Part shown: piece by piece, positions 50,936 to 64,000 of the stretch
Numbering within the stretch: the first letter of the stretch is position 1
How the letters are laid out: every line of letters begins with the position of its first letter
Source: Nemertoderma westbladi
Lineage: Eukaryota; Animalia; Xenacoelomorpha
Reading direction: 5' to 3'
Assembly (NCBI GenBank): GCA_032718475.1
Contig: JAUCBJ010001712.1
Location: forward strand, 39,091-103,090
Length of the DNA: 64,000 bases
Position numbers and translations under genes: made by a program
Notes under the pieces: generated by a model
Told to the model about the DNA's origin: nothing
Seen by the model: the letters and a program-made list of their open reading frames with translations, nothing else
Databases searched by the model: none

Positions 50936-51694
50936 CCGTTCTGGTTCTCGATGATCGAACCCTTCGGGGTTCGTGAGGGGTGGAGCGGACACGCGAACGG
51001 GTGGCCAACTAACGACTGCCCCCTGAGCTAAGCCGTACTGGTTCTCGATGACCGATCCCTTCGGGGTTCGCGAGGGGTGGGACGGACATGCGAAAGGGCT
51101 GGCCACAGGACGGGTTCGACGAGGACTGCCCTTAGCGGTCTCTGGTCAACGGCAGCTACTACGAGTCTGAAAAGAACTCGGAACGCTGACTGCTTGTACC
51201 GGGATCTGCGACGGGAACCGACGACAGACCCCTTAGCCAAGCCGTACTGGTTCTCGATGATCGTTCCCTTCGGGGTTCGTGAGGGGTGGAACGGACACGC
51301 GATGGGGTCGAAAGACAAAGGACTAGACTCTACTGGCCTACCGACTGTTCGGAGCAGTTTCTCGGCTGCCGAAGCGACTACGAGCCTGAAAGGGACTCGG
51401 AAAGCCTAGGTGGTTGGGTTTCTGCGATGAACCGACGGACCCCTAGCCAAGCCGTTCTGGTTCTCGATGATCGAACCCTTCGGGGTTCGTGAGGGGTGGA
51501 ACGGACACGCGAACGGGTCCACCGACACGACAGACTCCTAGCCAAGCCGTACTGGTTCTCGATGACCGATCCCTTCGGGGTTCGAGAGGGGTGGTACGGA
51601 TACGCGACAGAGTCTACCGACTGGACCGACCCTTAGCCAAGCCGTGCTGGTTCTCGATGATCGTTCCCTTCGGGGTTCGTGAGGGGTGGAACGG
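50936..51694 (+). repeat. Six ~53-nt hairpin units with a kink-turn and CUUCGG tetraloop
   Basis: Copies start near 50936, 51033, 51242, 51452, 51547, 51642. Confidence 0.8.
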
Positions 51695-52548
51695 ACACGC
51701 GACAGGGTCGACCGACACCGACACTACGACACTAATACTAGGACCGAGGGAAAATCTGGGGAACATTAGGTAGGCTAAAATCTGAGCGAACAGTGGGTAA
51801 TTAAATAATATACCGTAGGGATTTATATTATCATGTATAATTATTGTGAATATTTGGTGTATATTGATTTGGGGAAGCCCAAAATTATTCTTAATCAAGT
51901 TTCAATGATGTTGAATGGGTTTCAACTATAGGAAGTTACATTAAAGAGTATATCCAACTAATGCAGCTTTTTATCAACCGCAAACTTGCATCTCAGAAAA
52001 CATTCCCTCCCCACAATCAATATCCGGTGACTGGCCGGGGCTCGGTGGTCTGTTAAGTCACGTCTCCAGCATCGGCGTTTTTCCCCCCTGGTGTAGGGAT
52101 AACGGCAACAAAATTAAGAATAATTAATACGGTTAATTTTGACAGGGTGTCAAAATTAAGAATAATTACGGTCAACTTCAACTGGTGGAAGTTGAGAATC
52201 CTTCAATACTCTTCAAAACTCTCTACGTGCTTGCCAGCACCCACTACGAGGAAACTCTGGTATTTGAGTTGAGACGAAGTCGTGGTTTAATTAATCAACA
52301 AACTCGATCTAACCAACTCGTAGTCGGCAGATCACATATTGGGAGAGTTGTTAACAGGGAATGGAAGTATCGATCACACCCATTGATATAATTCAAGTTG
52401 AGCCAGGAATCTGGCACGTCGAAGTTGAAGTACAAGGAACGAACGTCGGACGATTCAGGATTACCGTTCGGGTGGTCCAAGCTGAGTACAATACCTACGA
52501 GGAACTGTTTTATGACATCGCGTATCTAGCTATCGACGAGGCGTTACA

Positions 52549-53549
52549 ATGACAACAAATAACGTATCCGATACCGACGAGATGGATCACCACACAGACT
52601 CGGAAGCCGACGAGGTACCAAACGTCAAGAACATGACCCTTCGGCTAGGGGCTCTCAAAGGCGGAGTAACCCGAGCGTATCAACGGATGGAGAAACAACT
52701 CAAGGGAGTCAAAACCCCCCTCAATGAAGTACAAACTCAGCTTCAAATTATCCGAATCATCATACAGCGGTGCGAAAGAATGATACAGGCGTACCAAGAG
52801 CTCGTTCCCTCTACCGATCAGGAAAACTACCCCAAGTTGGAAGAACACGTTGTACATCTAGATGGGTTCCGCAAACAACACCGGAGGACCCTCAGCCTTG
52901 TGAGAGGCTATGAAGAACAGTATTACAAGAGGGCTGAAAGAACAGACGCGGAATCGGTACGATCCTCCAGCATCAGGACAGCAGTACATCGAAAGAGAAC
53001 GGGGTCCGCTAGAAATCAGCACTCCAGCGCTAGGAGCGAGATATCCGGCTCAGTGCGCAGTTCTCAAGGGGCGCCGCCACTCCGAGACCAACTACGAGAA
53101 CGGAAGGCATTAGCCCTCAAAGCTCGGATGGAAGATGAGTATATTCAACTGCAAGCCGAACAAGATGTATTAGCCGCCGAAACACAAAAGCGAGAGGCCA
53201 AACAAGCGGCCGAACGACAGGCCGAACAACGCGAACAGGAGGCCGAACAACATAGACGAGAGGCCGAACAACATAGACGAGAGGACGAACGGCAAGCCGA
53301 ACAACGCAAACGAGAGGATGAACGCCAGGCCGAACAAAATAGACGAGAGGCCGAACAACATAGACGAGAGGACGAACGGCAGGCCGAACAACGTAGACGA
53401 GAGGCCGAACAGCAGGCCGAACAATGTAGACGAGAGGCCGAACAACATAAACGAGAGGACGAACGGCAGGCCGAGCAACGCAAACAGGAGGCCGAACAGC
53501 AGGCCGAACAACGCAAACAGGAGGCCGAACAACGCAAACAGGAGGCCGA
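52549..53549 (+). CDS. Gag-like N-terminal coiled-coil protein of element C with REAEQ repeats, truncated by D
   Basis: LGALKGGVTRAY helix, SVRSS linker, E/R/Q-rich repeat at ~53200-53548. Confidence 0.65.
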
Positions 53550-54348
53550 TGTTCCGTCGATATTCTTTCCCTCTTAGAACGTCGTTTCTACGCGTCCGTT
53601 TCATTCGTCAAGAAAACTCTAGTTCAAGTCCTAGTTACTTTAATGTTCAATATGTATAAATGGCACCAGTGCACAATCACATGATGACGCTTCCTTCCTT
53701 CAAACAAATGATTTATAACACGTACAGTACAAATGCACTGTACGTTCAGTTCAATTAGAACAATAATAGTTAAGTTCAGTGACCAATAGGTCACTGAATA
53801 GAGTCCAAAAAGTTCAGTTCGTGAAACAAGTCGAATCAAACAATAAACGAACGAACGAAAGAACGAACGTACGAACGAACGGTGAAAACTATGTAACGTT
53901 TCTACAAAGTTATATCGACAGAATGAATCTAATCTCATCCTGCTCTCGTCATATATGAATGGAAGGAAAGCCATCTGGGATTGGTTTACCAAATAACAAT
54001 AGGCCATAGAAAATGGGGCCAAAATATATAATACGTTATACACCAATATACACAGGTGAGGGTAAATCCCAGAGGATGCCTTACACTTCCATTGTTGCCT
54101 CTCACTCAATGTGTCCTTTCACTTTAAATGGTTCTAATATTCACTCACTCATTATAGGATATGATAATTCTCTCGTGAACATGAGGCGAGCAAGCCTTCA
54201 TGCAAGATACACTATACTTTTACTTTGTGACGTCATGTTATGACGTCATGACATTCTCACTCAATAAAATGGAATTTCTACGGCAATAACAGGTGATAAG
54301 AATTATGGGCCATACTGTACGATGAAATACTGACTATAGTCGGGAACA
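53550..54348 (-). repeat. 3' LTR of element D (799 bp)
   Basis: 6-bp terminal inverted repeat, adjacent PPT, two TGACGTCA (CRE) sites at 54228 and 54241. Confidence 0.85.
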
Positions 54349-55480
54349 AACTCCCCCCAGAAACCACTATAAATGGTTTCTCGAGGAAATCACGACTATA
54401 TTAAAAAGTTTGAGTCCGAAAACGATATATATATCAACTGTCATTCCGCGATGTAGGCCCCCTGGCAACATTACACGCTCATGGATTGCCAAACCATGAG
54501 TGGTTTCCTATTTCCCTCTATAAATTCATTACAATTCAATCAAGTCCTTTTAAAATACCGATATACGAAATATTTCGTAGTTCAATAATGCTTCAAGATA
54601 AATCGCTAGTTAGTTCAATTATATATATATATGGTTAGAGCATATCAAATAATGTATTTCCCTTTCATGATTATGGGGTCCCTCGTTTATTTTTGTAATA
54701 ACAATCGAACATAAACGCTCCATCCACGGTCACCACTAGTCGCTGCTACCATGGTCACTCCCCCCATGGGGTCTCCTGCGGTGGGGAATCCTTCCCTTCT
54801 ATCAGAATTCGCGGTCACGATACTTTCGCGTTCCTCCATTTCGTACCCTGAGACAAGACAGTTCATAAGCCAAGTTTTAAATGTTTCTCCCCGTGGTACC
54901 ACTTCGCCAACGCATCCTTTACACATCACAGTCCTCATTACGGCTCCTCTGAGATTAATTCTAATAAGCTAGTTATATATGATAATTCTTCTATATCCAG
55001 ATATCCAGATCAAGTACTATCATTAATAACGTATAATATCCATAATTGACTAAATGGTCAGTTACACTATAAAGTTTTATTATACGTTCTGGAATTTGCT
55101 GGTTTCATGTTCTATGGTTGCTGCTAATGAAATCTATGTTTCCCATAATTTAAGTTCATTTTATACTACAATTGTTCCATTCATTCAGTTCATTCCGCAA
55201 CTGAGAAGTTGCAAGTTCATTGTTCATTAGGGCTGTGTTCAGTATTGCGTCATATAACCATTCATTCATTTCACACATACATTTTATGTTCCGGAAACAT
55301 AAATTTCACCCCAGGTTACCATTCAGTCAATGTACCTATATACCAGTATCTGCCTATCCTAAAGTACTAGTTCAGTTTTCTTCTACTCATTTGTAAATTT
55401 GATAATATATTTTGAATCTTAATTTAGGTACGATTTGAGGTATACATGGATGGACCCTCCCCCCATGCCTTTGGCATAAA

Positions 55481-58400
55481 TTAGACAGTTTGCTCCAATA
55501 AGCAACATTTGCTTATCGGACGTCTTACAAGTTTCTTCCCACTTGTCTTCAATTCGACCGTTCTAGTATGCCCATCGGGTCCCTGCAGGCAATTTACTAC
55601 TCTAGCCATCACCCAATCGTGTTTCGCTAGGGTGTCATCTGTCACTATGACTAGATCTCCCGGTTTCAGATCTCTCCTTTCCACCCGCCACTTGTGTCGC
55701 TTGTGAAGGGTTGGTAAATATTCAGTTACCCATTGGCGCCAGAATATCTTTGATACTACTTGTATTACTTTCCATGTCTTTCTGGAATATAGGTCATTCT
55801 CGTCGAACAGGTCTTTACTCAAAACCTGGACTGGTCTCCTCAATAGTAGATGGTTTGGTGTCAAAACCTCATAAGAATTCGGGTCATCATTTAACCCTAT
55901 TCCACCTGGGGTTGGGCAGAATCTGCCCAACACTTTTTATTTTTAGAAATTCATCATGATGATTTTTATGTATTATTATGAAATTCATTGACTTTTCCTA
56001 GAATTTAATTGGCTTTCTGATGGTAACAAAATATTTTTTTTATCATTTATACTTTTTGTGCTATGGTGTGTTTTTCATATCATAGTCACATTTTTTTATT
56101 ATAATATCTTTATTAGCCTAACTGGTAGAAAAGATAATCCCTGGTTGGATAGTTCCCCTGGTCAACAAGCTAGAATACAACCAATTACGGTCCAGGACAT
56201 TCACTTGGCTAGGTTGTAAAGTTGAATTCAAACACGAGATTGTCTACTGCTTGGATTAGTACACATCAATCACATTATTTTTTAATAACAAAATACTAAA
56301 CTGACAGATAAGCAAGCAATAAGTCTACTAGGATAAAACAACAACCACCATTGAAACCAGTATATTCCTAATGTAATACAGCAGACATAAACAGAGGTGA
56401 ATAAATCTATTCAATAACAGCACCCCTGCAAGCAAAATTTTCACTTGGGATGTCTGGCAGAGTTAGGCAGACAGTGGTGTTGGGAGGAGTATGTATAGTA
56501 TTATCTCATCTTTTTACTATAATGGGTTATCTTCATGATAATTAATTTATATGGATATATTATTTAAAATTATGAATATATAAAACTCAGAACAGATGCA
56601 TTATATATTTTTCTATAAACCTGCGAAAATTTGGAAAGTTTTGATAAAATTATCATTACTTTTTAGTGCATAATAAACTGTTGGGCATATTTTGCCCAAC
56701 CCCAGGTGGAATCTCGGATAAAAGAGCCCAGGTGGAATAGGGTTAACGCACATAGCGGCCGCGCATTCATTGTTGCTTCTGTTTCTGCTAACACTGTGCG
56801 GAATGCGTCCTCATCAAGGCATCGATTTCGGGTGCTTGCCTCTAAGAGCCGCTCAGCACTTCCTACAAGTCTTTCCCAGACTCCTGAAGAATGGGGGGCA
56901 TAAGGGGTATGGAATTTCCACTTGACACCTTGTTTCCTTGCATGTTCTTCAATAGCAGGTGTTTGCGCAATCCGGTAGAGATCTTGAAGTTCTCGATTAG
57001 CTCCAATGAAATTCGACCCATTATCAGAGCTAATCCTTCGCACTGCTCCACACCTTGTAATGAATCTTCTGAGTGCATTAATAAATGAGTTTGCGCTTGC
57101 ATCTTTAACTAATTCCAGGGCAACAGCCCTTGAGGCGTAACACACGAATATGGAACCCCATCGTTTCTCGTATCGTCGGCCCACTTTGACATTAATAGGA
57201 CCAAAGAGGTCAACACCACAATTTGTGAATGGTGGCTCATAGGGTGTTATCCGCTCCGCAGGTAAAGGTGCCATCACCTGCTCCACCCTCTGTCGACGAA
57301 TGGTGCGACAGATAACACACTTCTCCACCCAGCCCTTCACTCGTCTCCTGACTGCTGGAATCCAGAATTTCCTCCGTATCCTCGTGAGTGTTGCTTCCAC
57401 ACCTCCATGTTGTGAGGCTTCATGGGAATCGTGTATAATCTTATCCACGATAACTGAGTCTTTCGGGATCAATATGGGGCAATCAGGGACAATCCCTCCT
57501 GGAGCATTCCCCAGCCGGGAGCCCATACAGACTACTCCATCCTTCATAATGGGGCTCAATGGTCTCAGGTTGCTGTCTTTCGGGATAGGTTTTCCAACCA
57601 CTAGTTTCTCCACTTCATCTGGGAAGCCCTCCTGTTGAATGTACTTTATGATAGCCATCCCTGCATTTTCCACATGTAGTTCTGGTCGGGGCCCTCCACT
57701 TTTCCGTGTTCGTATCCAAGCCATCCACATCCTCCATCGCGCTACACGCCGTTTAGTGTCATACCATGAGCGATCATGGTGGAGTATTCGCTCTGTCATT
57801 GTTGGTTTGTCTCTTATAGTGGTTGACATAACTACTTCCCTTCGTAATTCCGGGTCATCCCCTTTGACTCCTTCCAGTAGAGCCTGTGGACCTCCTGGAA
57901 ATTCAGGCCATCTTCCTTCATCCTTGAGGTACTCCGGGCCATATTGCCACAGATCTTCGTCTTCCTTCTTCTGTGTTCCAATTATTCCTCTCGATATTTG
58001 GTCTGCGGGATTTATCGACGTTGGACAATAGTTCCAGTTGTTGATGTCTGTTAGTTCTTGGATTTCTGCAACTCGATTAGCAACAAAGACTTTGAATCTT
58101 CGTGCGTCAGTCCTGATATAATGAATAACAGTGGTAGAGTCAGTCCAAAAATACCAGGTTTGTATATTTCCAATCGCTTTTCCTAACTGTCTTCCTATTC
58201 TCACTCCTAATAAAGCTGCCATGAGTTCTATCCTAGGAATTGTGACGATTTTTAATGGGGCCGGTCTCGCCTTACTATATGCAACCCGTGCCCTCCTTCT
58301 ATTATTCTGTCTTTGAACCACATAGGCTACTGCTCCATAGCCTTTGTCTGAGGCGTCACTGAAGATATGTATCTCTAAGTTTTCCATGTTTCCGTCGGGA

Positions 58401-61400
58401 AAGTAGGCCCGATCTATCGTGATCTTATCTAGTAGTTGTAAACTATCCATCCATTTGTCCCATTTCTTCCTTATTCCTTCGGGAAGTTCATCATTCCAAC
58501 CTACTTTCAGTAGATGGGCTTCCCTAAGTATTTGTCGACCAACAACTGTGATCCTTGAGAGTAGACCCATTGGGTCATAGATCCGGGCAACAAAGGATAG
58601 ATATTCCCTTTTAGTATGTTTCCCTCTTTTCATTTTCGCCATATGGTACTCAAATGCATCTGTTCTTCGGTTCCAGACTATCCCTAAAGCTCGAACTTCG
58701 TCACTGTCTCCATCAGCTTCTATCATTGGTTTGTATTCTGGTTCTGTGGTTAATTTGTTCAGTGGCTCCTGTTGGGTCCCGTCTGTCATGCAGTTGGTAA
58801 TATATTCGGAATTTGATAAAAACTTGGTCAGGTTGAATCCTCCCCCCGCTAAACAAAGTTTAGCCTCCTTGGCAATCCTGACCAACTCCTCCTCTGAGTT
58901 TCCTGTCTCATGTCCGTCATCAACATAAAAATGTTCTCGAATCATTTCCACTGTATCTGCTGATGGATTCTGGATTGCAGGATTCTCGCCATTTGTAGTC
59001 TCTCTCAAAGCGTATGTTGTCGCACATGGAGATGAATTAGCACCAAAAATATGGACAATCATTTTGTAGATTTTGGGTTCCTTTGAGCCTAGCTCCCTTC
59101 ATACCAAAGGAACCGTAAGCTGTTGCTGTCTTTTGGGTTCACTCGTACCTGGTGGAACATTGCTTCCACATCGCATGTGAAAGCAAATATTCCCTTCCTG
59201 AATCTTAGAAGGACGTCTAGTCCTGTGTTGTATATATTGGGTCCACGAACAAGGTAATCATTTAGCGATTTTCCATGGTACTTCGCTGCGGCATCATGTA
59301 CTACTCGGTATTTGTTCTTTCTTGGTTCCCACACTGTGTGTATCGGTAAGTAATACGTCCGGTCAGTTTCCTGTGTGTCCTCTGGAAGTTCTATTGCCCA
59401 CCCCCTTTCTATATACTTACATATTGCCTTATTTATGGCTTCTTCTGCTGCTGGTAGTTTCCTCAGTTTTTCTTTTAACTTTCTCAGACGATTTCTCGCC
59501 ATTATGTAGTTGTTTTCAAGCCGTTCATTGGGGTCCTTCCACAACATGTCTACCTCGTAGTGTCCATCTATCAGTTGTATTGAGTCCTTAAGAGTCTGTA
59601 AGGCCCTACGGTCCTCTGGAGAGTCTCCCAATGTGTTGTCATGAAGGCCCTCACAGTCCCTATTCAGTAATGTCTCTAAGTCTTTAGTTATTTCCACATG
59701 ATTCACCAGACCTCGCTTCGTTTTGTTGTGTATATAGTCTGTTGTTTCCAGTGGTCCAGTCACACACCACCCAAATGGTGTTAGCTTTCCCCATGGTGTC
59801 TTCCCTGGGTTGCTACCTTTCCTAACTTCCAGTTCTTCATGTGCCTCAGGATTGTTCATCCCAAGCAGTACAGTCACATAGGGTATGTCAATGTGCAAGT
59901 TTGTTAAGTTAATTCCCTTTAAGTGTTGGTATCTCTCAATTTCTACCTCATCTGGTTGGGTACAGTTAACTCCAACGTCTGGTATTACTTCTACCTCAGC
60001 ATCATGAATGATGAGTGTCCCTCGGCCTTCCAGAGCACCTATGGAGCACTTGGTACTCATGGCCCCCATTGATGTTGTCTGGTGGCCCACCATGGCCAGG
60101 CCTAACTTAGTTCTGGTTCCCTCCATTCCCAGAGTATCAGCAAGGGTACGACTTATTAGACTTATAGTCGCACCATCATCTAGGAAGGCATATGTTGTTA
60201 CTTGTTTTTCATTTTTATACATTACTTTTACTGGTACAATTTTGAGGTACACTTTAATCCCTGACAGGGACATACATGTCGCCATGTGGGTCACTGCCTG
60301 GGTCTTATTAACAGTGGTTCCACTCACTTCAGATCCCTGGGGATCCTTGTATCTTGCCATCCAGGCAGGGTTAGGATGTTGGGTCTGATCCCCCCCTGTC
60401 TTAGATGTTAGATTCTCATTTTTATTTTGGTTAACAGTAGTAGTATCAGTATCTCCTCGGTTACTATGGGGTTTTAGATTTTTAGTTTCCTTTGTGAGGG
60501 GTGTCAGCCCGCTCGCTCCTCCGGGTGAGTATGATCTGGATCGTTCATATGTTCTGGGTTCACGCCTGGTGTTGGAGTTGCGCGGACAGTCGCGTCCAAT
60601 GTGGCCACGCCCATAGCATCTCCTACACAGTCCATTCTTCTTTAAATAGTCCCATTTTTCATCCGCAGCGGCATTTATCCATTGGGTACACTGCACGAAT
60701 TGATGGTCCCTTGCATTTGGATGTAGATAGCACTTTGCGCTTGGATCACAGGTTGCAAGGGTGTATACCAACTCCTGGGAATCTCTATCTGGGGTATGTG
60801 GCTTTGGGGAGTAGCTGGAGAAACGGACTTGTTTGTCCGATTGTAGGCTCTTCATCGGACTAGTCGACGTTGTTGTGTAGACTTGCTCTCGTTCAGGTTT
60901 TATCATCCCTTTGTTAGATTCAAATGATTTCTTTGGTACCAGCATATTTGTTTTTCGCGGGTAATCTGCTCTCGATTGTCGGGTTGAGTCATCCCGTGAA
61001 TGTGATCGGTCCCGGCGCTCAGCGATACCAGCTGATAGTAGTCCCTCTGCGAATACAGGGTCATCTTGTATCTCGGTTTGATCTGAAAGGAATTTCGCCA
61101 GTTGGTTCATGGTTGGTTCGCGGTTCAGTTGGCTGCGAGTCCGTGCTGCTTCCTTTCTCCTTGCGTTCCTCGCCCAATAGGGAATTAGTTCAATTATTTT
61201 TCGCATGTTATGGATGCCATTCAACTCATGCGGCATATCGAGTTCCTTCAAGGCAACCAGGGCTTTGTTTACCCTTTCTGTAAAGTCCCTAAGCTCGGCA
61301 GTCGTGGTGATTTGTTTGTTAGTGACCAATTTGTTGATTGTTGCCTGCATTATACGTGAAGGATTTCCATATCGCTTTTCAATGGCTTCCCATGCTAGTC

Positions 61401-63981
61401 GCAAACCATCTGTTAGGCCTGCATATTGTCTAACAACTTCCTTTGCTTTGCCAGTTGTGTAAACCATCAGGTAGGTCATCTTCTGTGCTTCTGACAGGTT
61501 ATGTTTCAGTAGAATTTCAGTGGTATATAGCTGTCGAAACTGAATATATTCTTCCGGGTATTCTCCACTGAAGGTAAACGGTTTAGCCTGTGGCAGTTCT
61601 AGCTTGGCTTTTATGGCATCTGTTATTGCCGCCATATGACTTAACTCACTCTCTCCTCCGCTCTGATAACATTGAGGGACCCTTCCTGCTTGTACATAAG
61701 GGGGTCCACGTGGGGCTGCTTCTCCTGTGTAATTGTAGCCAGCGGTATTATTTTTATTCTGTTGTCTTTGCGCTCCTATAGATGGGTACGCTAGACTCGG
61801 TATTTTTGATAATCCGGGTCCATTATTTATTTGATTTGAAAAGGTTACTGCCCGTTGCTGTGGGGTTTCACTCACTTCGCTACGGGTTTTGTATTTATAT
61901 TGGCCATCTGGCATTCCTACTTCGCCTATGGGGGCGGGTAGAAATTCCTCGGCTCTGGGGTTTAAATGGCTTGGGTTCCCGGTAGGCCTACTGCTCAATG
62001 GTGTTCCATAGCCATACATTGGTTCGTATTGGATACCGATATTTTGATTTAATTCGGATGGTATAGGGTGGTCTATAGACTGATGTTGATTTTGACCTAC
62101 ATCAGCAGGGCTACATGTATGATTAACAGTACCGGTATGCATCAGGCTGTTAGGTAAGCCTACATAACTTGGCCTATAATCATAAGACACCGGTACATTA
62201 AGATTAGGCCTATCTAAACTTTCAGATACCGGTATTTGAGTATTACCATTATTAGCATTAGGCCTATGGTTCTGGCTAGATATCGGTAAATAATAATAAT
62301 CGGGATTCTGCCTACTGCATGCTGTGCAGTCTGGTGTACTGCGTACAGGTAGGCCTATAGAATTGGATAGCGGCGGACCAGTCACATGTAGCTGATCACT
62401 GCAGCTGTAATCTGGTGTACCGCAAACTGGCGCAGAATGTGTTACCGGCGGACCGGTCGAATGCAGCCGTCTATTAGGCCTACTGCTGCAATCCGATACC
62501 GGTACCTTAGTCTGAATGTTATGATTCATGCCTGCTTGTTCTGACAATTCGTCACCAGTGTACTGGATGATTGACACAGGGGTTTCAATATGGTGCCCTG
62601 TTCTATGCATACAGCTGGTAACAGCAGCATTTACAGTATTTGCTGGGCTTTCCAAATTATATGTTTGGTTCTTAGCCCCTCTGGGGCCCTTTGAAGCAGA
62701 GTTGCCTAACGTGCTGTTAAAGCGCCCTGTCATTGCTGGTGTTCTGCTACTAATACAATATTCGGGTTTTGATGTAATAACAGGTTTCCTTACTGTACGC
62801 GCTGATATTCTACGTACGGGTGATGGATAACGGGGTGTTTCAATGGCTAGGAGATTACTTTCAATTTCTCGGTTATTGGGTTCTACAGTAGTTAGGTTAT
62901 TGGGTTCTACAGTAGTTAGTATATTCATTGAATCACACTTGGTTTTATTTCCCCTCTGGGAAATTCCAAGTTGAGATGCCTCCTCTTCCATACGTAATAT
63001 GCACTGTTCTGCATTTAGCCGAACCATTTCCCTCTTGGCCCTTGCCCGTTCCCTTTCAATCTCACCTTCCCTTTTATCCCGTTCCATCTCATCTGCTATC
63101 TTTTGTACTCGTTCCCTTCTCTCTCGTTCCCTTTTGTCACATTCCCTTTTCTCACGTTCCTCACGTTCCTCTTTTTCTATTCTTTCCAGTTCACGTTCAC
63201 TCACTCTCCTTTTATTTTCTCTCTCTAACTCACGCTCTTGTTCTCTCATGCCATCCGCTAGCTCCATTCTTGCTTGTTCAATCCCTGCATTCGTTCTCAT
63301 TCGATTGATCGTGGATGAGTGTATAGATCCGACTCCTGAAACACGATCATTCTGCCTAGGGACGTTCTCCCAGATGGAGTCTGGTGTCACCTGGGACACA
63401 GAATCCTCTGGATCAACGCGTGGCACCTCGGTGATAATGCTTGGGGTCGGGTCTCCCTCCCTCAGATCTTCACTCTGGGTTCCTCTGGGTTCCCTTCTAA
63501 CGTTTGGATTGGAACGGGTCTCTCGAGATTGACACTGGGCTTTGACCCGGTCTTCAATCTCAACAGCCCTTTGTTCCTCTCCGCACGCACGTAAATGATC
63601 TATGTAGACCGTTATTTTATTTAAAAGTATACTTAGCTCCGGTTCCACCGGCAGTTCACCAGTTGGGTTCTCAACAGTTCCAAACAGAGTCAGTTCTGCT
63701 CGTTGAGATCGTCGTTTAAGGATCTCTGGTTGTTGGGGGTCAATCAGAACAGCACTTCGTTGTGATCGTGATGATCGTTGGATCTGGGGGTCTTTGGGTC
63801 GTGTTGTCTGTGTCGAGGTTCTTTCAGGTTCGTGTCGAATATTGGCCGGTTCAGGTTCGTGAGTTGGGAGGACAGCTCGTTCTGGTTGAGTGGGTGGCCC
63901 CTGCCCAGTTCCCACCAAGCTGCTAGTGCGTAAGCGAGCGCCGATGCTTGCTCTAGCAGCCCCAGGAATTGAGCGTGCCAC
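55481..63981 (-). CDS. Gag-pol polyprotein of element D (one frameshift near 59095, MITE in integrase)
   Basis: PFTFSG, CRRCYGRGHIGRDC, FLDDGA protease, DVEAMFHQV, FYVDD, FSDAS, NPAD, GVDLFGP, SDNGSNF, LTPNHLL, GPDG. Confidence 0.92.
55895..56742. mobile_element. piggyBac-type MITE (848 bp) in the integrase of element D
   Basis: TTAA TSD both sides, TIR CCCTATTCCACCTGGG, asymmetric subterminal inverted repeats; removal restores RPLCALNDDPNSY. Confidence 0.92.
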
Positions 63982-64000
63982 ACCGCCTGGGCTCGTTGTT

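Larger units (their letters stand above)
50508..53549 (+). mobile_element. Element C (probably Bel/Pao): 5' LTR plus gag N-terminus, inserted in B and interrupted by D
   Basis: Starts TGTT exactly where B homology ends; probable LTR end GGCAACA at 52110; gag-like coiled-coil ORF from 52549. Confidence 0.65.
53550..64000 (-). mobile_element. Bel/Pao element D (3' LTR plus gag-pol; 5' end beyond the window)
   Basis: LTR TGTTCC...GGAACA, PPT GGGGGGAGTT at 54349-54358, complete Bel/Pao domain order. Confidence 0.92.

Noticed and set aside
50860-51730. CRISPR array, SECIS or hammerhead ribozyme reading of the hairpin repeats
   Set aside because: Eukaryotic TE context, no cas genes, irregular related spacers; upper stem too short and no AA loop for SECIS; no CUGAUGA/GAAA hammerhead core.
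54687-54938. Accessory ORF between integrase and 3' LTR of element D
   Set aside because: Only 83 codons and no recognisable motif; cannot be supported from sequence alone.

Overview
Eukaryotic (most likely bilaterian invertebrate) DNA made almost entirely of nested mobile elements; I found no intact host gene, only a disrupted fibrinogen-domain pseudogene. In order: a LINE 3' end; the 3' end of an LTR element; a 6.2-kb non-autonomous Maverick/Polinton-like element (AGTAGT termini, ~430-bp TIRs, 6-bp TSD) carrying a TBP-like ORF, a Zn-finger/GSGW ORF pair, CTCF-like sites and tRNA-derived Pol III boxes; a full-length 23.7-kb Bel/Pao LTR retrotransposon (2.3-kb LTRs, AAGAT TSD) with an extra ~1250-codon ORF3 encoding a DEDDy 3'-5' exonuclease-like domain plus zinc knuckles, and a nested P/THAP transposon; a second LINE fragment; then three further Bel/Pao elements nested in one another, the innermost interrupted by a piggyBac-type MITE. 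The most unusual signals are the TBP-carrying mini-Maverick, the exonuclease ORF3, a 21-nt motif dispersed 10 times through the big Bel/Pao element in all three reading frames, tRNA-like Pol III cassettes inside LTRs, and six kink-turn/UUCG hairpins in one LTR. All family assignments come from motif recognition by eye, not database searches.
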